In this document: in pieces, positions 59,183 through 64,000 of the stretch
Layout of the letters: the number at the start of each line of letters is the position of its first letter
How positions within the stretch are numbered: position 1 is the first letter of the stretch
DNA from: Thermoleophilia bacterium
GTDB lineage: Bacteria > Actinomycetota > Thermoleophilia > BMS3ABIN01
Reading direction: 5' to 3'
Assembly (NCBI GenBank): GCA_014874175.1
Contig: JACWAD010000105.1
Location: 365-64,364 of the forward strand
Length of the DNA stretch: 64,000 nt
Made by a program: the position numbers and the translations under genes
The notes under the pieces: generated by a model
The model's input: the letters and a program-made list of their open reading frames with translations, nothing else
What the model was told of the DNA's origin: nothing
Databases searched by the model: none

Positions 59183-59324
59183 GCACCATGCGCAAAAAAA
59201 ACTTTCAAATAATTTTATAAGTTAAAGCGGCGCCGGGTAAACCTATTAAACCGGCCACCGGATTCACGGCTAATCAAGAAAAGCGATGCGGATGCCAAAG
59301 GCTCCCGAGGGAGCCTTTGGCCTG

Positions 59325-59760
59325 GCAGGCCCGTAAGCCGGATTCTGTTCTATGCGGCCATCTATCTGGGAAGCGCGTTGCCGCGCCACTCAAGCGGTCT
59401 ACCCGAGGGCCGGGCGAGCAACCCGAATCCACCCTCCTATTTGACCTTGCACCGGGTGGGGTTTACCTGGCAGACGTGTCACCACGCCTCCGGTGCGCTC
59501 TTACCGCACCATTTCACCCTTGCCAGCAGACGCTGCAAGCGGGTCCGGAACTGAAATCATTCCGGGCCCTTGCTTCACGCCAGGCGGGCGGTTTGCTTTC
59601 TGTGGCACTTGCCTGCGGGTTTCCCCGACTGGGCGTTACCCAGCACCCTGCTCTTTGGTGTCCGGACTTTCCTCCCCGCCGTTTTATTCCCCAGGGACAT
59701 GATGGATGCGGAGCATCCTCGTGTCCCTGGTCAAAGGCATTTCCCGGCGGTATTCTGACT
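59325..59760 (-). ncRNA. rnpB: RNase P RNA, bacterial type A
   Basis: Minus strand contains GGGGAGGAAAGUCCGGACACCAAAGAGCAGGGUGCUGGGUAACGCCCAGU, AGUGCCACAGAAAGCAAACCGCC, GGUAAGGGUGAAAUGGUGCGGUAAGAGCGCACC, GGUAAACCCCACCCGGUGCAAGGUCAAAUAGG, GGGUAGACCGCUUGAG and ACAGAAUCCGGCUUA. These match the universally conserved P4/P10-12/P15-18 regions of type A RNase P RNA. The exact 5' and 3' ends are uncertain by a few tens of nt. Confidence 0.85.
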
Positions 59761-60049
59761 CCGCAAAAAAGGGGAGCCGAAAAAAGGCGGGGCGGCCGCT
59801 CGGCCTGCAATCTGATTTTATCAACAACCCGGCGCAAATGCCTGAAGATTGCGAAGTGTCCCTCACTGTTCAGTCGTAAAAAATATGACATCTCCCATCA
59901 GCTCAAATGAATTTTATTTCACTACCAATTGGAACCCTGCAGGAACTTTCAAGCGTCCAAGTCAATGACTTGAAGAAAACAGCCAAAACAGCCGATAAAT
60001 AAACAAAAGCAATTGTTTATCAAAAAAGTCTTGAAGGGAGCTGGGAAGA

Positions 60050-60259
60050 ATGGTTATGAACATCAAGTACACCAGGGTTTTGCCTGTTGATGAAAATGCT
60101 GTCTGTGGTGTAAAGCTGACCGGCTGCCAGCTTGAAGCAGCCGAGCACGTCTGCTTCGAGGATGGCAGCGGCGTCTATGTTTGCGGCAATTGCCTGCGCG
60201 GGCGCATCAATGAAGGCGCCTGGATCACCGACAGCGCCGAGGAGCTGACACTTATATAA
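60050..60259 (+). CDS. Small hypothetical Cys-containing protein (69 aa)
   Basis: Good RBS (GAAGGGAG) 8 nt upstream of the ATG. Five Cys (C-x6-C ... C-x9-C-x2-C). Followed by a strong terminator. Confidence 0.55.
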   Translation: MVMNIKYTRVLPVDENAVCGVKLTGCQLEAAEHVCFEDGSGVYVCGNCLRGRINEGAWITDSAEELTLI

Positions 60260-60291
60260 CTGCTGCTGTTTTCCGGTCTTTGGTTGTTTTA

Positions 60292-60325
60292 AGGGGCCTG
60301 GCGCCGCACGGCGCCAGGCCCCTTT
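60292..60325 (+). terminator. Rho-independent terminator after the small ORF
   Basis: GGGGCCUGGCGCC-GCAC-GGCGCCAGGCCCC (13-bp perfect stem) followed by UUUG. Confidence 0.7.
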
Positions 60326-60492
60326 GCGCCTCTTACATTCATCAGAAGCTGCCGGGAATCCCCCATCCGTAACATGCCGGCCTTCCCGGCCCGACCGCGC
60401 TCCGGCGGCTCTGCTATAATTCTTTCAGCCGGCGGCTCATGGTTTTTGGGGTTCCCAACATCCAAAATCCGATGTCCAGAGTCCGGCTGTTC

Positions 60493-60580
60493 GTCGGAGT
60501 GGCGGAACTGGTAGACGCGCTAGGTTGAGGGCCTAGTGAGGGATAACCTCATGGGGGTTCAAGTCCCCCCTCCGACACCA
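60493..60580 (+). tRNA. tRNA-Leu (anticodon GAG), CCA encoded
   Basis: Acceptor stem GTCGGAG/CTCCGAC, D-arm, anticodon stem CTAGG/CCTAG with loop TTGAGGG (anticodon GAG), long variable arm, T-arm GGGGGTTCAAGTCCCCC, discriminator A plus CCA. Confidence 0.9.
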
Positions 60581-60596
60581 GCGTTTTTCAGCTTTT

Positions 60597-61094
60597 ATGG
60601 ACACCAATAAAGCAAAAACAAGTCACGCGCGCCCCAGGCAGGCAGAAAGTGGAGCCTGCCTCATCTCTCTTGAAGTTGGCGTCCTGGAAATCCTCGATTC
60701 CCTGCCTTTCTATGTGATGCTGATCGACAGGAATCATCGCATCCTGCTTGCCAACAGAGCCGTCCGCAACAGCCTGGGGGCAGAACCTGACCAGATCGTG
60801 GGTCATCATTGCCCCCAGGTAGTGCACGGGCTTGAGTCGGGCGAATACCCGGGCTGTCCGCTGCCGAAAGCGCTGGAGACAAAGGGGCCTGTCGAGGTCG
60901 AGAACTATGATGAAGAGTCAAAGAGATGGGTCCGCAGCGCCGTTTATCCCACCGCCGCCCGCATGCCGGATGGAGGGGAGATTTTCTTCCACATGATTGT
61001 AGACATCACCGACAAGAAGAGGTCGGAGCAGGAACTCAGAAGAAGCGAAGAGAAGTACCGGCTGCTGCTAGAGGGCCTGATTAAATCAATTTAG
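60597..61094 (+). CDS. Stand-alone PAS-domain protein, possibly a truncated sensor
   Basis: PAS fold (FYVMLIDRNHRILLANRAV...). Ends in an S-helix-like linker (SEQELRRSEEKYRLLLEGL), which normally precedes a second sensory or output domain. Confidence 0.55.
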   Translation: MDTNKAKTSHARPRQAESGACLISLEVGVLEILDSLPFYVMLIDRNHRILLANRAVRNSLGAEPDQIVGHHCPQVVHGLESGEYPGCPLPKALETKGPVEVENYDEESKRWVRSAVYPTAARMPDGGEIFFHMIVDITDKKRSEQELRRSEEKYRLLLEGLIKSI

Positions 61095-61127
61095 CCTGTC
61101 CCTCAAACCGGGCAAAGTCCAGTTTCT

Positions 61128-62855
61128 TTATATATATCCCAGATCCTGAAGTCGCTGCCGCACTGCTTCCTCATCCTCCTCGGAGTAGCCCGCCCCGCGC
61201 GGCTGCTGGCCGCCTCTGGCAGACTCTTTTCCCGCCGGAAAAGCACGCGTTTTTCCCGGCTGCGCGCCTGGTTTCCCTTCACCGCCAATTAAGGCTTCCT
61301 CAAGCGCGCGGCCATCCCACTCGGGAACCTCGGGCAGGCCCATCATCCTGGCAACCGTAGGCGCAATGTCAATTATGCTGGCAGCCGGCAGTTTCGTCGG
61401 CCGAACCCCGGGACCGCTTAGAATAAGGATCCCCTCGCTGCGGTGTGTCCCCGTATACGAGAGGCGCCCGAAACGCTGTGGAGGCCCGCAAATGATCTTC
61501 TCCTGGGCTAGCTCGTCCGAAGTATTGTAAATTCCCTGGTAGGCATAATCACGCAGCTCAACAACGAGGTCGGGCATTTCTTCCAGCAATGACCCGTGAT
61601 AAAGCTCATCGCGGTCATAAAACCGGGTCGCCACCGGCTCGCCGTCCTCCGGATCCACAAGTCCCGCCAGAGCCTCCCTGGCTTCGGCGATAACGGTCCG
61701 GCGCTCTGTCTCTCCCGCCACAATCCCCAGAGGGCGCCGCCCTTTCATGTTCACGTAAAAACAGCCGAACTGTGCGATCGAGAATATGCGCGTGCGCGAA
61801 AAATCTATATCGGCGACAAGGGAGTCTACAAAAATCTGCCAGCGCCTTTCCGAGTCGTCACGTCCCAGCGCTTTTTTCAGCCTTTTTCTTAAATTCCGGG
61901 GCAGGTGGTCCCTGAACTGGTCTGCCAGGAGCTTCTTGGGAGTGCTGCGTGCAGACCCGGGCATAAAAGCAAGCAGGCCTGCCTCAGCCAGAAATCTGTT
62001 CAGGCAGATTTCGCTTTTCAGCCCCCCGAAGCCGTGATCAGACATAACAACAAGGTTCCGGCTTTCGAGCCACTGTTTCCAGCTTCCTCCCAGCTCTTTG
62101 TCGATTCTTTCATAGGCGCCGAATACCGCCTCCGCGCGCCGCTCGTCCCCCTCGCGCGGCGACCCTGCCATCATCCTTGCCGCAGAGTCCCAGAAGATGT
62201 GCTGAAAGCTGTCGGTTGACCTGAATATTGCCACGAGAAGGTCCCATTGCTCTTTGTGCATTAGATGGTTGACCGTGCCGATCTCTATTTCCTGATGAGC
62301 CTGCAGCTGCCTGATGCATTCACCCTCGGGATCGGGATGGTGCCTGGCAAGGTAGCGGTAATCGACTGAAGACGAAATGTCAAAACCAGGCACTGTATCA
62401 AGAATCTCCCGGCGCAGTCCGGCGGGAAAGACCGATCTGTCATTAAAATGGGGAGCGTCCATGCCCGATATCATGATGCCGTTCACGGGCGCTGCCGGAT
62501 AGGTTACCGGCACGTCATATACACATACCCTTTTCCCTTCGCTGCCGGCAAGCGACCATAGCGCGGTCCCCCTTACCGTGTTTGCATTCATGGGCTCGAG
62601 ACGGTAGCTGCCGGAGCGGAAGCGGAAAAAACCGACAGAGCCGTGCTTCCCCGGGTTTGTGCCCATGTAAAAAGAGCTCCAGGCAGCAGGAGTTATCGGC
62701 GGCACTGTGGACATCAGCACTGCCCGGCTGCCGTTTGCCATCAGCCGGCTGAAGTTCGGCAGCCGCCCCTGGGCAGCCAGGTAATCGATGACTTTGAAAG
62801 TACCGCCGTCAAGCCCGATTATGCATGTTCTTGCCATATGAAAACTATAAATCAA
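61128..62855 (-). CDS. Alkaline-phosphatase-superfamily hydrolase (type I phosphodiesterase / nucleotide pyrophosphatase family)
   Basis: CIIGLDGGTFKVIDYL N-terminus (metal-ligand Asp plus nucleophile region) and MSDHGFGGL. Confidence 0.7.
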   Translation of the reverse strand: MIYSFHMARTCIIGLDGGTFKVIDYLAAQGRLPNFSRLMANGSRAVLMSTVPPITPAAWSSFYMGTNPGKHGSVGFFRFRSGSYRLEPMNANTVRGTALWSLAGSEGKRVCVYDVPVTYPAAPVNGIMISGMDAPHFNDRSVFPAGLRREILDTVPGFDISSSVDYRYLARHHPDPEGECIRQLQAHQEIEIGTVNHLMHKEQWDLLVAIFRSTDSFQHIFWDSAARMMAGSPREGDERRAEAVFGAYERIDKELGGSWKQWLESRNLVVMSDHGFGGLKSEICLNRFLAEAGLLAFMPGSARSTPKKLLADQFRDHLPRNLRKRLKKALGRDDSERRWQIFVDSLVADIDFSRTRIFSIAQFGCFYVNMKGRRPLGIVAGETERRTVIAEAREALAGLVDPEDGEPVATRFYDRDELYHGSLLEEMPDLVVELRDYAYQGIYNTSDELAQEKIICGPPQRFGRLSYTGTHRSEGILILSGPGVRPTKLPAASIIDIAPTVARMMGLPEVPEWDGRALEEALIGGEGKPGAQPGKTRAFPAGKESARGGQQPRGAGYSEEDEEAVRQRLQDLGYI

Positions 62856-62867
62856 AGCGGAGACAGG

Positions 62868-62907
62868 GCAAAACTTAGGGGCGCAGCGTGCCCGGCACGC
62901 TGCGCCC
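62868..62907 (-). terminator. Probable terminator after the beta-helix gene
   Basis: Perfect 30-nt palindrome GGGGCGCAGCGUGCCGGGCACGCUGCGCCCC followed on the minus strand by UAAGUUUUG. Confidence 0.5.
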
Positions 62908-62942
62908 CTGCCAGCTCCGCGCAGGCGGTCAAAAAGACCTAA

Positions 62943-64000
62943 TTAGGGATATGCGTACGTGTTGCCCACGCCGTCCTGGGCTGAACCGCTTAAGGTCGAT
63001 ATCCACGAAGTTACTCCCGCAGGCACGTTGTACTTAAGCGTGATAGAACCGGAAGCTCCCGGAAGGATGTCGCCGTTGCCGGCCTGAGCCGGCAGGGCGG
63101 AGGCTAGCGTGACTCCACTGGTGTTGCTGCTTGCAGTCAGGCCCACGAGCCAGGCTTCAGCCGTGCCCGCGTTTTTGACCGTCCAGGTAACAGAAAGGAG
63201 GCCTGACTGGTAATCGGACAGCGACGCCCAGAAGGGAATTGGCGCGCCCAGACCCAAGGAAGGCTTTCCACTGACAGCCTTTGCCGTCAGCGGCAGGTTG
63301 TCCTGGCCGCCGGTAAAGACGTAAGGGCTGTCAACAAAACCGTCGTTGTCGCTGTCGGGCGAGGTCCAGCTGCTCCAGTAGTTGCCGCCCATGGGCGCGG
63401 GCAGGTTAAAGACATTGCCGGAGCCGCCGCTGACGCTTGCCTGCGGCGTCGTTGAGCTGGTGAAGTTGTTGTGGTAGATGTTGTTATTGCTGGAATTGTT
63501 GAGGCTGATCTCGCCCATGCCGGCCATGCCGCCCATCCCCGATGGCATTCCCGACATGTTGTTGTTGCTTGTCGTGTTGCCAGCAATAACGTTGCCATTA
63601 GACAGGTTGAGCCAGAAACCGTTGTTGGCGTTGCCAGAAGCCTCATTGCCCAAGAAGCTGTTGTTGTTGCCCGGGTCAATGCAGAAGCCGTTACCGGCGT
63701 TCATGTCAGAGCTGTTGCCGCTAAAGCTGTTGTTGGGGGGATCCTGCAGGGAGATGCCGTCGCCCATGGTGGCGCCCATGACCATGTTCATGGAAATCGT
63801 ATTGTACGCTGAGCCGGCAAGGTTTATTCCCACTGCGTCCGCATTGGAATTGTTTGACATCACCATGTTATTGTTTGCGTTGGTGAGGCTGACTCCGGCG
63901 GAAACATTGCCGCCAGTGCTAACCTGCCGGATGGTGCCCATCTGGGCGCCGTTCAGGTTAACGCCATTGTTAAAGGCGTTAACAGTCACGTTTTCCACGG
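62943..64000 (-). CDS. Right-handed parallel beta-helix (NosD-like) repeat protein, 5' end beyond the window
   Basis: Asn/Ser/Gly-rich beta-helix repeats (NxxxGN...), C-terminal DSDNDGFVDSPYVF motif typical of NosD/PbH1 proteins. The ORF reaches the window edge. Confidence 0.6.
   Translation of the reverse strand, partial: VENVTVNAFNNGVNLNGAQMGTIRQVSTGGNVSAGVSLTNANNNMVMSNNSNADAVGINLAGSAYNTISMNMVMGATMGDGISLQDPPNNSFSGNSSDMNAGNGFCIDPGNNNSFLGNEASGNANNGFWLNLSNGNVIAGNTTSNNNMSGMPSGMGGMAGMGEISLNNSSNNNIYHNNFTSSTTPQASVSGGSGNVFNLPAPMGGNYWSSWTSPDSDNDGFVDSPYVFTGGQDNLPLTAKAVSGKPSLGLGAPIPFWASLSDYQSGLLSVTWTVKNAGTAEAWLVGLTASSNTSGVTLASALPAQAGNGDILPGASGSITLKYNVPAGVTSWISTLSGSAQDGVGNTYAYP

Noticed and set aside
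59325-59760. Structured RNA region initially suspected to be tmRNA or SRP RNA. ORFs 59317..59910(+) and 59514..59891(-) overlap it.
   Set aside because: The minus strand matches the type A RNase P RNA conserved core (GGAAAGUCCGG, AGGGCAGGGUGC, GGUAAGGGUGAAA, ACAGAAUCCGGCUUA) and has no tag-reading-frame or tRNA-like 3' end. The overlapping ORFs are spurious.

Overview
This 64 kb window is high-GC (about 62%) bacterial core chromosome, almost all transcribed on the minus strand. It contains two large conserved housekeeping blocks and one anaerobic redox block.

(1) Coordinates 1..8560: cbiA (partial), rluD, lspA, a DksA/TraR zinc-finger protein, yggU(DUF167), divIVA, yggT, proC, sepF, yggS, pgeF.

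(2) Coordinates 8836..24829: a complete dcw cluster, mraZ-rsmH-ftsL-ftsI-murF-mraY-murD-ftsW-murG-murC-murB-ftsQ-ftsA-ftsZ. murE is conspicuously absent. An MraZ-box array lies upstream of mraZ.

(3) Coordinates 27924..38199: a flxABCD/hdrABC-type electron-bifurcating heterodisulfide-reductase-like cluster (order hdrC-hdrB-hdrA-mvhD-flxC-flxB-flxA). Directly upstream sit three futalosine-pathway menaquinone genes (radical-SAM MqnC/MqnE-like, mqnA, radical-SAM MqnE/MqnC-like).

(4) Coordinates 38233..52807: M16 peptidase, pnp, rpsO, then a plus-strand insertion of a YeiH-like membrane protein plus an orphan HAMP-GAF histidine kinase with a Cys-rich insert. After that comes ribF-truB-rbfA-DUF503-infB-ylxR-nusA-rimP.

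(5) Coordinates 52932..64000: rhomboid protease, a PD40 beta-propeller protein, a LarA-like DUF2088 protein, a lipoprotein, a GH3 NagZ-like hydrolase, a type A RNase P RNA (minus strand), a small Cys-containing ORF, tRNA-Leu(GAG), an apparently truncated PAS ORF, an alkaline-phosphatase-superfamily enzyme and a partial NosD-like beta-helix protein.

No mobile elements, CRISPR or defence systems were seen.

The most unusual sequence-level signal is a pervasive set of short tandem repeats with a strict 7-bp period, filling many of the intergenic spacers. Units include TTCCCAG, GGGTTCC x6, CCAGTAT x5, ATCCAGA, GTTTCGG and AAACGAG. In most spacers they place GGA(A/U) every 7 nt in the 5'UTR of the downstream gene. 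They are analogous to cyanobacterial STRR heptanucleotide repeats but sit in a genome with Firmicute-like division genes and a type A rnpB.
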